Numbered from the stretch's first letter, positions 48,421 to 58,898 are shown. The stretch is 64,000 nucleotides of DNA from an uncultured Fimbriimonadaceae bacterium (GCA_964501275.1 CAZCSP010000010.1:28798-92797); one strand, 5' to 3'. Numbers and translations: made by a program. The notes: generated by a model not told the origin, from the letters alone.

Positions 48421-50139
48421 GTGGCAACAGGAGGAATGATCGACGTGCGTTCTGGCGCAAGAATAGTAATGGAAGCTCTCGTTCGCGAGGGCGTGGACAC
48501 CATCTTCGGATACCCCGGAGGCGTGGTGCTCCCGCTCTACGACGAGATGCTGAATTGGCCCCAGGTGAAACACATCCTGGTTCGACATGAGCAGGGAGCC
48601 GCCCACATGGCCGACGGTTATGCAAGAGTGACCAACGGCGTGGGAGTCTGCCTCGCCACCAGCGGCCCCGGCGCAACCAACCTGGTGACCGGCATCGCCA
48701 ACGCCATGATGGACTCCATCCCGATGGTCGCCATCACCGGCAACGTGAACTCCTGGGCCATCGGCAAGGATGCGTTTCAAGAGACCGACATCCAGGGCAT
48801 CACCATCCCCATCACCAAGCACAACTACCTGGTGACCAACGTGGACGACCTCCCCGGCGTCTTGGCGGAGGCGTTCTATCTGGCCAACACCGGTCGCAAG
48901 GGGCCCGTCCTGGTCGATATCCCGAAGGACGTGTTCATCGCCCAGACCGACGTTCCCTTCCCCGATAAGGTGGAGCGGCGCGGCTACTCCATCCCCGGCG
49001 CACCGCCCGAGTCCCAAGTGGAAGAGGTGGTGAAGTTGATTGCGGAAGCCGAGCGTCCGGTTATCATCGCGGGCCAGGGCGTCCTCGCCTCGGGCTCCTC
49101 GGACCTGCTTCGGGAGCTTGCGGAGAAGGCCCACATCCCGCTCATCAACTCTCTCCTCGGCCTGGGATGCTTCCCCCGAACCCACGAACTCTCCCTCGGC
49201 ATGATGGGCATGCACGGCGAGGCGGCGGCGACCATGGCGGTGCAAGAGGCCGACCTGGTCATGGGCATCGGCATCCGGTTCGATGACCGCCTGACCGGCG
49301 ACACCAAGACCTTCGCGCCCAAGGCCAAGATCGTCCACTTCGACCTGGACCCCAGCGAAGTCGGCAAGACCGTCAACCCGATCGCCTGGGTAGTCGGCGA
49401 CCTCAAGCTGGCCCTGGAATCCCTGGTCCCCAAGGTAGAGCCCAAGCGGCATGAAGCCTGGGTGAGCCAGGTCAAGGATTGGCAAACCCGCTACCCGCTC
49501 CACGTCCCCGAGGGCAAGTTCCTCTCAAGAACCGTCCTCCGTGCTCTGAACGAGCACACCCAAGGCACCGCCATCGTCGCCACCGACGTCGGCCAGCATC
49601 AGATGTGGACGGCCCAGTTCTACAAGATCACGGAGCCCTACAACTGGATTTCCAGCGGAGGCCTCGGCACCATGGGCTTCGGCTACCCGGCGGCCCTGGG
49701 AGCCAAATGCGCCCGACCCGATGACGAGGTCTGGGCGGTGGTCGGCGATGGCGGCTTCCAGATGACTCTCCAGGAGCTCCAGACGGCGGTGGAATACGGC
49801 ATCAACGTCAAAATCTGCCTCCTCAACAACGGCTATCTGGGCATGGTCCGCCAGTGGCAGGAGCTGTTCTACGACAACCGCTACAGCCACGTCGCGATGG
49901 GCTCTCCCGACTACGGCAAGCTCGCCGACGCCTACGGGGTCAAGTTCTTCCGATGCTCGCGCAATGAAGACTTGGAGCAAACCCTCCGGGAAGCCAGGGA
50001 GCACAACGGCCCGGTCCTCTGCGAGTTCGTGGTGGAGATGGAGGAGAACGTCTACCCAATGGTCCCCGCCGGTACCAACAACAGCAACGTCATCATGGAC
50101 CCCGATCTGCCGAAGGCCACGGCGGGAGCAACCAAATGA
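48421..50139 (+). CDS. ilvB: Acetolactate synthase large (catalytic) subunit
   Basis: GARIVMEALVREGVDTIFGYPGGVVLPLYD, ATSGPGATNLVTGIANA, the TPP motif VVGDGGFQMTLQEL...NNGYLGMVRQWQ. The start is uncertain (GTG 48421, ATG 48436 or GTG 48445; GGAGG at 48430-48434). Confidence 0.95.
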   Translation: MATGGMIDVRSGARIVMEALVREGVDTIFGYPGGVVLPLYDEMLNWPQVKHILVRHEQGAAHMADGYARVTNGVGVCLATSGPGATNLVTGIANAMMDSIPMVAITGNVNSWAIGKDAFQETDIQGITIPITKHNYLVTNVDDLPGVLAEAFYLANTGRKGPVLVDIPKDVFIAQTDVPFPDKVERRGYSIPGAPPESQVEEVVKLIAEAERPVIIAGQGVLASGSSDLLRELAEKAHIPLINSLLGLGCFPRTHELSLGMMGMHGEAAATMAVQEADLVMGIGIRFDDRLTGDTKTFAPKAKIVHFDLDPSEVGKTVNPIAWVVGDLKLALESLVPKVEPKRHEAWVSQVKDWQTRYPLHVPEGKFLSRTVLRALNEHTQGTAIVATDVGQHQMWTAQFYKITEPYNWISSGGLGTMGFGYPAALGAKCARPDDEVWAVVGDGGFQMTLQELQTAVEYGINVKICLLNNGYLGMVRQWQELFYDNRYSHVAMGSPDYGKLADAYGVKFFRCSRNEDLEQTLREAREHNGPVLCEFVVEMEENVYPMVPAGTNNSNVIMDPDLPKATAGATK

Positions 50140-50624
50140 GCCAACTCCACACCGTCACCGCCCTCGTCCAGAATGAAGCGGGCACCATCAACCGCCTGGT
50201 CTCGATGTTCCGGCGAAGGGGCATCTCGCTGGCGTCCTTCAACGCCGGAGACTGCGAGCAGGAAGGCTACTCCCGCCTGACCCTCGTCGTCCAAGGCGAC
50301 CAGACCCTGCTCCACCAAACGCTCAAGCAGTTGGAGAAGCTGATCGACGTGGTCGAGGTGGAGGACTTGGAAACCAACCACGGCCTCTCCCGAGAACTCG
50401 CCCTGATCCGCGTCGACTGCACCGAAGAGGACCGAATCCCGATTTACAATCTGGTAAACGAGTTCTACGCCAAGACCCCCCGCGCCACCGCGACGAGCGT
50501 CTTCGTGGAGTACACCGGGGCGGTAGCCGAGGTAGAAAGACTCATCGCGGCCCTCACTCCGTTCGGAATAGGAGAAATCGTCCGCACCGGCACCGTCGCC
50601 ATCGGCACCCACACCGGAGGCTGA
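50136..50624 (+). CDS. ilvN: Acetolactate synthase small (regulatory) subunit
   Basis: HTVTALVQNEAGTINRLVSMFRRRGISLASF (ACT domain). ATGA overlap with ilvB. Confidence 0.93.
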   Translation: MSQLHTVTALVQNEAGTINRLVSMFRRRGISLASFNAGDCEQEGYSRLTLVVQGDQTLLHQTLKQLEKLIDVVEVEDLETNHGLSRELALIRVDCTEEDRIPIYNLVNEFYAKTPRATATSVFVEYTGAVAEVERLIAALTPFGIGEIVRTGTVAIGTHTGG

Positions 50625-50628
50625 TACC

Positions 50629-50654
50629 GCTCCCGGCACTCGCAAGCCGGGAGC
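50629..50654 (+). terminator. Perfect 9-bp GC-rich hairpin GCTCCCGGC-ACTCGCAA-GCCGGGAGC just after the ilvN stop (no T-run)
   Basis: Read directly. The lack of a U-tract makes terminator function uncertain. Confidence 0.35.
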
Positions 50655-50769
50655 AGCATCGCAAGTAAAGGAGAAGCTGCGTTAGGCTAAAGACGGACCT
50701 GCCATACTCCTTAACCGTGGGGTTGAGGGCCATCGTTACATCCATTCTCGGTCAACCTTATCGCACAGT

Positions 50770-51882
50770 ATGACAAGTAAACCTATCACTCTTATCTTGG
50801 CTAGCTCCGGCGTCGGAGGCACTGAGGAGGCGACTCGCCTACTCGCGACCGGATTGTCCCGCCGGAACCACCCTCTTCATCTGGTGGCAGTCGCGGAGAA
50901 AGTACACTCTTATCTCGATTCCAACGGAAACCAAGCGGTCCTGCTTCCCAATCTGCAAAGCGATGGATTCAAACCATCGCAGGTCCTTCGAATCGCAAAG
51001 GATTTCCGGGCCTATCGACATTCCCTCGTCAATATCCAACATCCAAACTTTGATTTTTCTCTTAGTTTGATCCTCGGGATGAGACTCGGCGGAATCCGTT
51101 CCGCGATCTACACTCTTCACCATCCCTTGGTCGGACGGCCGTCCACCGCAAAGGCCACACGCCCTCTCCTAAGAAGAAGCGATACGGTCCTGGTCACCAC
51201 CGAACCAAACAAAGAAACGCTTTCAAGGTACGGACATAGTGGCAAAGCTCAAGTGAAAGTGTGTCGATTAGCAGTTGAAGACCCTAATCCAATAACAAAA
51301 TCTGCCGCCCGACGCGAACTAGGAATTCCAGAAGATGGTTTGGTGGTGAGCTGCCAGGCGAGGTTTACCAAGCCAAAACGGATTCCCCTTGTTGTAGACG
51401 CTTTTAAACTGGCGACCAAAGACATGCCGCAGTCAATGCTCGTCATTGGCGGCACCGGTCCCGAATTCGAATCCGTAAAAGCCTACGCCGAGGAGCAGTT
51501 GGGAGACAAGGTCCGATTGCTGGGGTGGGTCGAAGATAAATCGCATCTCCACGCCGCATGTGACGCCTTCGTACTCCTTTCCGATCTGGAAGGTTTTGGG
51601 ATGGTTTACATGGAAGCGGCTTCCTACGGAGCGCCAAGTATTGGGTGTCTTGGGGGAGGGATTTCCGACGCCATTGTGGACGGGGAAACCGGTTACTTGG
51701 TACCTGTCGAAGCCCCCGTCAAGCAGGCAGCCGGTCGGCTGAGGGAAATGCTCACGAACGCGGATACCTGTCGGCGACTGGGAGAAAACGCAAAGGCGCG
51801 TTATCAATCGGAGTTCACCATCGATGAAATGACCAATCGGTACCTGAATTTATGCGAAGAACATTTAAAAGGAAGCCGTTAA
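50770..51882 (+). CDS. GT4-family (GT-B) glycosyltransferase
   Basis: N-terminal SSGVGGTEEATRLLA. C-terminal EGFGMVYMEAASYGAPSIG...DAIVDGETGYLV is an E-x7-E-type GT4 signature. G+C is visibly lower than in the flanking ilv genes. Confidence 0.85.
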   Translation: MTSKPITLILASSGVGGTEEATRLLATGLSRRNHPLHLVAVAEKVHSYLDSNGNQAVLLPNLQSDGFKPSQVLRIAKDFRAYRHSLVNIQHPNFDFSLSLILGMRLGGIRSAIYTLHHPLVGRPSTAKATRPLLRRSDTVLVTTEPNKETLSRYGHSGKAQVKVCRLAVEDPNPITKSAARRELGIPEDGLVVSCQARFTKPKRIPLVVDAFKLATKDMPQSMLVIGGTGPEFESVKAYAEEQLGDKVRLLGWVEDKSHLHAACDAFVLLSDLEGFGMVYMEAASYGAPSIGCLGGGISDAIVDGETGYLVPVEAPVKQAAGRLREMLTNADTCRRLGENAKARYQSEFTIDEMTNRYLNLCEEHLKGSR

Positions 51883-51936
51883 AAGGATAAGCCGCATCAC
51901 CTGTATTTGAGACTTGTACGAATAACCAAAACTATT

Positions 51937-52935
51937 ATGGCAACCATCTACTACGAGAAAGATATCGACACTTCCGCTTTCAAATCCATGAAAGTGGCCA
52001 TCATCGGCTACGGCTCCCAGGGCCATGCCCATGCGCTCAACTTGAAGGACAGCGGCATCGACGTCCGAGTCGCCCTCCACCCCGAGAGCAAGAGCAAGGC
52101 CAAGGCCGAGCAGGACGGGCTGGAAGTTTTGACCGTCCCCGAGGCCACGAAGTGGGCTGACGTGCTGATGTTCTGCACCCCCGACGTTCCCATGGCGGAC
52201 ATCTACAAAGAAGGCGTCGCGCCCAATCTCCGAGCTGGCCAGACCCTCCTCTTCGCCCACGGTCTGAACATCCACTACAAGCTCATCGATCCCCCAGCCG
52301 ACGTGAACATTGCCATGGTCGCCCCCAAAGGCCCCGGCCACCGGCTTCGCGCCGAGTTTGTGGCGGGAGCCGGAATGCCTGCGTTGGTTGCCGTCCAGCA
52401 GGACGCCACCGGCAACGCCAAGCAGATCGCCCTCGCCTACGCTTGGGGCATCGGGAGTGCCAAGGCGGGCATCCTGGAGACCACCTTCAAAGAGGAGACG
52501 GAGACCGACCTCTTCGGCGAGCAGGTCGTCCTCTGCGGCGGCCTCAGCGCCCTCATCAAAGCCGGGTTTGAGACCTTGGTGGAGGCGGGCTACCAACCGG
52601 AAGCCGCCTACTTCGAGTGCCTGCACGAAACCAAACTTATCGTAGACTTGCTGTATGAGGGTGGCCTGAACTACATGCGGTACTCCATCTCCGACACCGC
52701 CGAGTGGGGCGACTATGTGACCGGCCCCAAGATCATCACCGACGAGACCAAGAAAGCCATGCGCCAGGTCCTCTCCGATATCCAGGACGGCACTTTCACC
52801 AGGGAGTGGATCGCCGAGAACAAAGAGGGTGGCCGCAAGCGCCTCGAAGCCTATCGCGCCGCCGACCGGGACAGCCAACTGGAAACCGTCGGCAAAGAGC
52901 TGCGCGGCATGATGCCGTTCATCAAAGCCAAGTAG
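51937..52935 (+). CDS. ilvC: Ketol-acid reductoisomerase (class I)
   Basis: The ATG at 51937 was verified. [11 protein letters not shown]...[41 protein letters not shown]. Confidence 0.95.
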   Translation: MATIYYEKDIDTSAFKSMKVAIIGYGSQGHAHALNLKDSGIDVRVALHPESKSKAKAEQDGLEVLTVPEATKWADVLMFCTPDVPMADIYKEGVAPNLRAGQTLLFAHGLNIHYKLIDPPADVNIAMVAPKGPGHRLRAEFVAGAGMPALVAVQQDATGNAKQIALAYAWGIGSAKAGILETTFKEETETDLFGEQVVLCGGLSALIKAGFETLVEAGYQPEAAYFECLHETKLIVDLLYEGGLNYMRYSISDTAEWGDYVTGPKIITDETKKAMRQVLSDIQDGTFTREWIAENKEGGRKRLEAYRAADRDSQLETVGKELRGMMPFIKAK

Positions 52936-52936
52936 C

Positions 52937-53722
52937 ATGACGCCCCTCGTCGATCTGCAAAACGTAACCGTAGTGCGGGATGGCAACCCCATCCTGCGCA
53001 ACCTGACTTTGCAGATCGGCCAAGGCCAGCACACCGCTATCCTCGGCCCCAACGGCAGCGGCAAGAGCACCCTCCTCCGGGTCCTCTCCCATGAGCTCTA
53101 TCCTTACGCCGGACAAGGATCGGCCATGATCGACGGGCAGCAACGCTGGGAGGTCCAGGCTCTGCGCAAGGTTCTGGGCATGGTGTCGGCGGACGTTTCC
53201 GAGAAGTCTCTGGGCAACCCAACCGCTCTGGAAATGGCCGTCTCCGGAATTCTGGGAACCTTCGGGGTCGTCGCAGGCTACTCAGTATCGGCATCGATGA
53301 AAGAAGCCGCATGGGAAGCCTTGGCGTTAATGGAAGCGGCCCACCTCGCCGACCGATCCTTCGTCACATTGTCTACAGGAGAGGCTCGCCGGGTCCTGAT
53401 TGCCCGGGCGCTGTCGGTCAAGCCCAAGGGCTTGGTTTTGGACGAACCCACCAGCGGCCTAGACATGAAGTCGTTAGGTGACCTTACGGTAACATTAGGC
53501 AATCTAACAAAGTCTGGGACCACCCTCATCCTCGTCACCCACCACATCGAGGAAGTCTTGCCAGAGATCCTCCAAGTGGCGATGATGAAAAAAGGGGGGT
53601 TGGTTGCCTTGGGAGATCGACAAGACCTCATGACTCCCGCCCGCATCGCCGACCTCTACCAGGTCCCACAAGAGTACGCTGCTTCCCGACTGGCGAGGGC
53701 AAAGGAGCGCTGCCTGGCATGA
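52937..53722 (+). CDS. ABC transporter ATP-binding protein (no cognate permease adjacent)
   Basis: Walker A GPNGSGKST, signature LSTGEARRV, Walker B LVLDEPTSGLD, H-loop LVTHH. It starts 1 nt after the ilvC stop. Confidence 0.9.
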   Translation: MTPLVDLQNVTVVRDGNPILRNLTLQIGQGQHTAILGPNGSGKSTLLRVLSHELYPYAGQGSAMIDGQQRWEVQALRKVLGMVSADVSEKSLGNPTALEMAVSGILGTFGVVAGYSVSASMKEAAWEALALMEAAHLADRSFVTLSTGEARRVLIARALSVKPKGLVLDEPTSGLDMKSLGDLTVTLGNLTKSGTTLILVTHHIEEVLPEILQVAMMKKGGLVALGDRQDLMTPARIADLYQVPQEYAASRLARAKERCLA

Positions 53723-54651
53723 TCTTGGCTTGGCTGTCCATTGGGAACCTGACCCTTCTGAGTTTGGTGTTCATTTTGGGAACCTGGGTGGCGGAGAGTT
53801 ACCCTTTCTCCACCTTCATCGCCTATGCCCCTCCCTCCCCCTGGCTGATCCCCAGTCTGATCCTGGTTCTCTGTAGCCTGGCCAAGCGCAACCGCTCCTG
53901 GCTCAAGCTAAACGGGGCGGTCCTTCTCCTCTTCGGCTGGGTTCTATTGGGGATCAAGATCCCCTTCGGGGCCGACCGGTCCGGCCCTGACGGATCCTTC
54001 ACCCTCATGACCTTCAACATGATGGGAGGAAGAGGCGGATTGGATCGCGTACTGGAGATCGTGCACGAAAGGCAGCCGGATGTTGTTTGCTTGCAAGAGG
54101 TCAGCGGTCTTGGGCCTTCGGGATTGGAGAACAGCCGAATTCCCGGCTATCATGTCCTGAGCCATGGCGGGGTGGCGATTGCCTCTAAGGAAAAGCCGAT
54201 CCGTAGCGAGGCAGTGCTCCTCATTCCCAACCATCCCGGCGCACTAGAAGCCGAGTTCGCCAACGGGCTCCGGGTGGTGGCTGTGCATCTTTCTTCGTAC
54301 AAGCTGGACGACATCAAGGCCAAGGGCATTCCAGTCCGTCTGCAACAGGTCTCGAAAATGCACGAGATGGAGGTCGATATGCTGACCAACCGGTACCGGG
54401 GTCGCCCAAAAGTGGTTATCGCCGGAGACTTCAACTGTCCCCCGCGAGGCCACATCTATTCCCGAATGAGACGCCATTTCACCGACGCCTTCGCAACGGC
54501 AGGTTGGCTCACTGGCTACACTTGGCCTTCCAAGTTTCCCGTTCAGCGCATCGACTACGCTTTCACCACCGACTTAAAAGTGCAGTCCGCCCGCACCATC
54601 TCTTCATCGGTTTCGGACCATCTTCCCGTCATCTTTAGATTCAAGCTATAA
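53719..54651 (+). CDS. Membrane-anchored endonuclease/exonuclease/phosphatase (EEP) family protein
   Basis: Three N-terminal helices, then [21 protein letters not shown], and [14 protein letters not shown] overlap with the ABC gene. ilvD starts 2 nt after its stop. Confidence 0.8.
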   Translation: MILAWLSIGNLTLLSLVFILGTWVAESYPFSTFIAYAPPSPWLIPSLILVLCSLAKRNRSWLKLNGAVLLLFGWVLLGIKIPFGADRSGPDGSFTLMTFNMMGGRGGLDRVLEIVHERQPDVVCLQEVSGLGPSGLENSRIPGYHVLSHGGVAIASKEKPIRSEAVLLIPNHPGALEAEFANGLRVVAVHLSSYKLDDIKAKGIPVRLQQVSKMHEMEVDMLTNRYRGRPKVVIAGDFNCPPRGHIYSRMRRHFTDAFATAGWLTGYTWPSKFPVQRIDYAFTTDLKVQSARTISSSVSDHLPVIFRFKL

Positions 54652-54653
54652 CT

Positions 54654-56324
54654 ATGTTCGACCCCAAACACAAATCCAGAACCATCTCCGAAAGCCCCGA
54701 CAAGACCGCCAACCGCGCGATGCTCCGCGCCATGGGCATGACCGACCAGGACATGCTCCAGCCTTGGGTTGGGGTTGCAACGGTCTGGAGCGAGGCCACT
54801 CCCTGCAACGTGAACCTGGACGTTCAGGGGTTGAAGGTAGCGGAGGAGATTAAGCGCCACGGAGTGAGCCCCCGCCGCTTCAACACCATCTCGGTGAGCG
54901 ACGGCATCGGAATGGGGCACGAGGGGATGAAGGCTTCGCTGATCTCCCGCGAGGTCATCGCCGACTCGGTAGAACTGATGATCCGGGCTCACTGCTACGA
55001 CGGTTTGGTCGGGATTGCGGGTTGCGACAAGAGCCTCCCTGGGATGCTGATGGCGATGGCCCGCCTGGACGTCCCTAGCGTCTTCCTCTACGGCGGCACC
55101 ATCATGCCCGGCCAGTACAAGGGCAAGGACGTGACCATCCAGGACGCCTTCGAGGCCGCCGGAGCCTTTGCCGCCGGCAAGATCACCGCCGAGGAGCTTC
55201 ACGACATCGAGTGCGCGGTTTGCCCAGGAGCCGGAGCCTGTGGAGGCCAATACACCGCTAACACCATGGCCTGCGTGGCGGAGGCCTTAGGGATGGCTCT
55301 GCCAGGTTCCAGCGGCCCTCCGGCGGAGGCTCCCGAACGTGAGGCGGTTTTGGCCCAAGTAGGTGAGGCGATCACTAAGGCCCTCAAAAGTGGCATCAAG
55401 CCCAGCGACATCCTCACCCGCCAAGCCCTGGAGAACGCTATCGCCATCGGCGCAGCCACCGGCGGTTCCACCAACATCGCCCTCCACATCCCCGCCATCG
55501 CCTACGAACTTGGAATCGAGATCACCCTGGACGACGTGGAGCGGGTCGCCAAACGCACGCCAACGCTGGCAGATTTGAGACCGGGCGGCCGTTTCGTCAT
55601 GCTTGACCTTTTCAAAGTCGGCGGCGTTCCGGCGGTCCTCAAGGCAATGCTGGATGCGGGCTGCCTGCACGGCGACTGTCTGACCATCAACGGCAAGACC
55701 ATGGCGGAGAACCTTGCCGACGTCGTGATTCCCGAAGGCCAAGAAGTCGTCCGTACCATGGCCAACCCCGTCGCCCCCACCGGCGGCCTCGCCATCGTTC
55801 GCGGCAACCTGGCCCCTGAGGGCGGAGTCATCAAGACGGCGGGCGTCACGAAGCTCATCCACACCGGCCCCGCCCGAGTTTTCGACTGCGAGGAAGACAC
55901 GATGGCGGCGGTCCAGCGCAGGGAGATCAAGGCAGGAGATGTTGTAGTCATCCGGTATGAGGGGCCAAAGGGCGGTCCGGGGATGCGAGAGATGTTGGGC
56001 GTCACCGCCGCCATCGTCGGCCAGGGCTTGGGCTACGACGTCGCCCTCCTCACCGATGGCCGCTTTTCAGGAGCCACTCGAGGCCTCATGGTTGGCCACG
56101 TCTGTCCCGAAGCCATGGACGGCGGCCCCATCGCCCTGGTTCGGGATGGAGACACCGTGACCGTGGATGCCGAAAACGGCGTCCTCAAAGTCCATGTCTC
56201 GGACGAAGAGCTATCGCAGAGAAGGCAAAGCTGGAAACCGATTGAGCCTCGGTATGAGAAGGGCGCATTGGCGAAGTACGCACGGTCGGTGGGTCCGGCG
56301 AGTCGGGGTGCGGTGACTCACTAA
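54654..56324 (+). CDS. ilvD: Dihydroxy-acid dehydratase
   Basis: [61 protein letters not shown]. Confidence 0.95.
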   Translation: MFDPKHKSRTISESPDKTANRAMLRAMGMTDQDMLQPWVGVATVWSEATPCNVNLDVQGLKVAEEIKRHGVSPRRFNTISVSDGIGMGHEGMKASLISREVIADSVELMIRAHCYDGLVGIAGCDKSLPGMLMAMARLDVPSVFLYGGTIMPGQYKGKDVTIQDAFEAAGAFAAGKITAEELHDIECAVCPGAGACGGQYTANTMACVAEALGMALPGSSGPPAEAPEREAVLAQVGEAITKALKSGIKPSDILTRQALENAIAIGAATGGSTNIALHIPAIAYELGIEITLDDVERVAKRTPTLADLRPGGRFVMLDLFKVGGVPAVLKAMLDAGCLHGDCLTINGKTMAENLADVVIPEGQEVVRTMANPVAPTGGLAIVRGNLAPEGGVIKTAGVTKLIHTGPARVFDCEEDTMAAVQRREIKAGDVVVIRYEGPKGGPGMREMLGVTAAIVGQGLGYDVALLTDGRFSGATRGLMVGHVCPEAMDGGPIALVRDGDTVTVDAENGVLKVHVSDEELSQRRQSWKPIEPRYEKGALAKYARSVGPASRGAVTH

Positions 56325-56350
56325 AAAGTCCACAACCCCCGGTTAAAACG

Positions 56351-57460
56351 CTATCCGGTCTTCACCGCCGCCATCTGCTCCACAAACTCGCTGAAGTAGG
56401 GCCGTGAATCCCAGGGGCCGGGCGCGGCTTCGGGGTGGTATTGGATAGATGCGGCCTGTAACTCAGGTACGCGAATCCCTTCTACCGTGCCGTCGTTCAG
56501 GTTGATCTGGGTCACTTCGGCGCCCGTTCGCTCTAGTGACTCGGGATCGACGGCGTAGCCGTGGTTTTGGGAGGTGATGGTCACCTTCCCGGTAAGGAGG
56601 TCTTTCACCGGGTGGTTGGAGCCTCGGTGCCCGAACTTCAGTTTGAAGGTCTCCCCGCCGATGGCGTGGCACAGAAGCTGGTTGCCCAGGCAGATGCCGA
56701 ACAGCGGCTTCTTGCCAAGCAGTCCCTTCACCGTCTCGATCACCGGACCCAGCCGCGCCGGATCGCCGGGGCCAGGGGAGAGGAGGATGCCGTCGGGACG
56801 ATAAGATAGGACCTCTTCTGCCGAGGTCGTGGCGGGAAGGACGATGGAGCGGCACCCGGCTACCGAGAATCGGCGGAGGATATTGAACTTAAGGCCGCAG
56901 TCGAGGACCGCCAGCGTGTGCTTGTAAGGCCCCATCGGCTCGCTGATCGGCTCCTTCCCCGTGACTCCCCAGGCATAGGGCGCGCGGGCGCTGACGCTGA
57001 AAACGAAGTCCTGCTCGTCGTAGCCTGCCGACTGCTTGATCGCCTCAAATCCCTGGTCGGGATCGTCGGCAATTGCGCCCATCGTGACCCCGCCCGAGCG
57101 AATCTTCTTGGTGATGGCCCGAGTATCCAGCCCCTGAATCGCCACGGTTCCCCGCTCTTCCAGAAGCTGGTGGAGCGACTTGGTGGCTCGCCAGTTACTA
57201 GGAACCTCGCAGGCTTCACGGACGATGAGGCCGGTGGGCTGGATACGGTCGGACTCAAAATCGTCTTCGTTGATCCCGTAATTGCCGATCAGCGGGTAGG
57301 TGAGAAGGACGATCTGGCCCGCGTAGGAGGGATCGGTAAGAATCTCCTGGTACCCGGTCATCCCGGTGTTGAAGACGACTTCGCCAGTAGTGACGCCCCG
57401 AGCGCCGAGCGCAAGTCCTTGGTAGATGGTGCCGTCGCTAAGGACGAGATAGCGTTTCAA
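56351..57460 (-). CDS. carA: Carbamoyl-phosphate synthase small (glutaminase) subunit
   Basis: LVLSDGTIYQGLALGA, EILTDPSYAGQI, GICLGNQL (catalytic Cys), QNHGYAV, QYHPEA. Confidence 0.95.
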   Translation of the reverse strand: MKRYLVLSDGTIYQGLALGARGVTTGEVVFNTGMTGYQEILTDPSYAGQIVLLTYPLIGNYGINEDDFESDRIQPTGLIVREACEVPSNWRATKSLHQLLEERGTVAIQGLDTRAITKKIRSGGVTMGAIADDPDQGFEAIKQSAGYDEQDFVFSVSARAPYAWGVTGKEPISEPMGPYKHTLAVLDCGLKFNILRRFSVAGCRSIVLPATTSAEEVLSYRPDGILLSPGPGDPARLGPVIETVKGLLGKKPLFGICLGNQLLCHAIGGETFKLKFGHRGSNHPVKDLLTGKVTITSQNHGYAVDPESLERTGAEVTQINLNDGTVEGIRVPELQAASIQYHPEAAPGPWDSRPYFSEFVEQMAAVKTG

Positions 57461-57546
57461 GCTAAGGGGAGAGTGTACCAGGGCGGAGGCTGGAGGGGGG
57501 AGGGCGGAAGTCGGAAGTCGGAAATTGGAGAGAGACTTGCAAAAGT

Positions 57547-57580
57547 CGCAGTTCTAGCCCCCTTGAGGGGGCTAGAACTG
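57547..57580 (-). terminator. Perfect 15-bp hairpin GCAGTTCTAGCCCCC-TTGA-GGGGGCTAGAACTGC, followed on the minus strand by GACTTTTGC
   Basis: Read directly. It begins 9 nt downstream of the stop (57589) of the 336-aa gene and lies upstream of carA. Confidence 0.7.
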
Positions 57581-57588
57581 CAACAAAC

Positions 57589-58599
57589 CTAGTCCAGCCT
57601 CCTGAACTCCACCTTCCGCCTCACCTTCGCCTGCCCTAAGTCCAGGTTCCGGTTCCAGTCCATTCGGTCCAGAAAGGAGTATTGGCCTCTCTCGTACTGG
57701 ATCATGTCGAAGTGGTAGGCGACGAAAACGCCTTCGGTTTGGCCGAAGTAGCGGGACGGCTCATGGAATCCGGCGGCGCGTACGATGTCGGTGGGGACCC
57801 AGCCCAGGTCATCTGTCCAAAACTCGACAATCACATCCGCCGTCTCCTCATGTAACCGCGTATCCGAAACGAAGTTCTCCTGGTCCTTGAACTGCCGCAA
57901 GGGCATCGAGACGACGTAGCGAGCGGGAACTTCCTGGCTTCGCAGGATCGCCAAGTAGAGGGTGGCAAGGCCCAGCGTATTCGACTTCTTGGCGGCGATC
58001 ACGCTCAAAGGAGTCAACCCCTCGGCTTCGTCATCGTATCGGAATACAGTGGCAATCTCTTTGAAAACTCGCCAGGCGAATTTGAGGTCGGATTCGCCGG
58101 CGGCCTTGGCCAACTTCTCCTCTCGCAGCCAATCTTTGAAGGCGCTTTCTCCCAAATCGAGCCAGGGGTGGTTGGCGGTATAGTGATTCTTTAGGTTTCC
58201 TAACGGAAACGGCTTTTCGGACGAAAATCCTTCGGTTACCTTACGTTTATAGAGGGTCACCTCATAAATCGCTTGCGCAGTGACCGGTCGGGAGGTCGGG
58301 TGGGAAAATTGGACCGACATATAGCTCTGCCCTAGACCTCCCTTCTCCTTAAGATACGCCGTCCGCAGCGCGGTCTCGGTGGGGATGTAGAAGCTTGCCT
58401 TATGGACGGTTTGGGCATCGTAGGTGGGGAGCATCGGCGCCAAGACCCACCACTTCTCGGGCGCGGTATTGAAGTTGGTCAGAGTCTCGGTCAGCATGAC
58501 TTCCACCTTATAGGACTTCTCCCGGGCAATATGCAACGGACCATCGAGCTTGGGATCGTCAGGGGGTGCAAGAATCAGGAGACACAGGATGGAAAGCAC
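57589..58599 (-). CDS. Secreted transglutaminase-like domain protein, apparently lacking catalytic Cys/His
   Basis: LGLATLYLAILRSQEVPARYVVS and VEFWTDDLGWVPTDI align by eye with the transglutaminase-core pattern (G-x-C...GIPARyv...HaW-E...GW-x-D). N-T-L sits where G-x-C is expected, and no His is present. Confidence 0.5.
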   Translation of the reverse strand: MLSILCLLILAPPDDPKLDGPLHIAREKSYKVEVMLTETLTNFNTAPEKWWVLAPMLPTYDAQTVHKASFYIPTETALRTAYLKEKGGLGQSYMSVQFSHPTSRPVTAQAIYEVTLYKRKVTEGFSSEKPFPLGNLKNHYTANHPWLDLGESAFKDWLREEKLAKAAGESDLKFAWRVFKEIATVFRYDDEAEGLTPLSVIAAKKSNTLGLATLYLAILRSQEVPARYVVSMPLRQFKDQENFVSDTRLHEETADVIVEFWTDDLGWVPTDIVRAAGFHEPSRYFGQTEGVFVAYHFDMIQYERGQYSFLDRMDWNRNLDLGQAKVRRKVEFRRLD

Positions 58600-58671
58600 G
58601 GGTTTATTTTACGACGGGTTTTAAGGGAATGAGGGAAAGGGGGAGGTCTTTTCATCATTCAACTGAAACTT

Positions 58672-58863
58672 GTACACGGCGTCATGGTGAGCGAGAGCGG
58701 CCCGAGTGTTTTGTTAGACAGAGTGTTCTATGCCGCGAAGTCGAACCACCTCACCCGGTTGTAGTTAGGAAATGAATCTACAAGTGGGTGAGGTCCTTCG
58801 ACTCGCGACAAGCAATTGGCCCAACAGGAAGCTTGTTCTGGCTCGCTCAGGATGACGCCGTCC
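58672..58863 (+). repeat. ~190-bp palindromic MITE-like element, copy 3
   Basis: It has the same termini (ACGGCGTCATGGTGAGCGAGAG...CTGGCTCGCTCAGGATGACGCCGT) and the same internal GAAGTCGAACCACC / GGTGAGGTCCTTCGACTCGCGA. Its central ~35 nt differ from copies 1 and 2. Confidence 0.85.
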
Positions 58864-58898
58864 TGCAAGTAAGCAATTGTGAAAAGACCTCGGGGAAT

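Noticed and set aside
48340-49503. 387-aa minus-strand ORF antisense to ilvB. Similar long antisense ORFs lie at 6332..7462, 13614..14600, 15792..17431, 36294..37259, 37388..38263, 51865..53070, 54555..55250 and 61708..62799.
   Set aside because: Each lies opposite a gene with strong family motifs. Their compositions are Arg/Gly/Asp/His-biased and they lack start-site context, so I treat them as GC-driven open frames.
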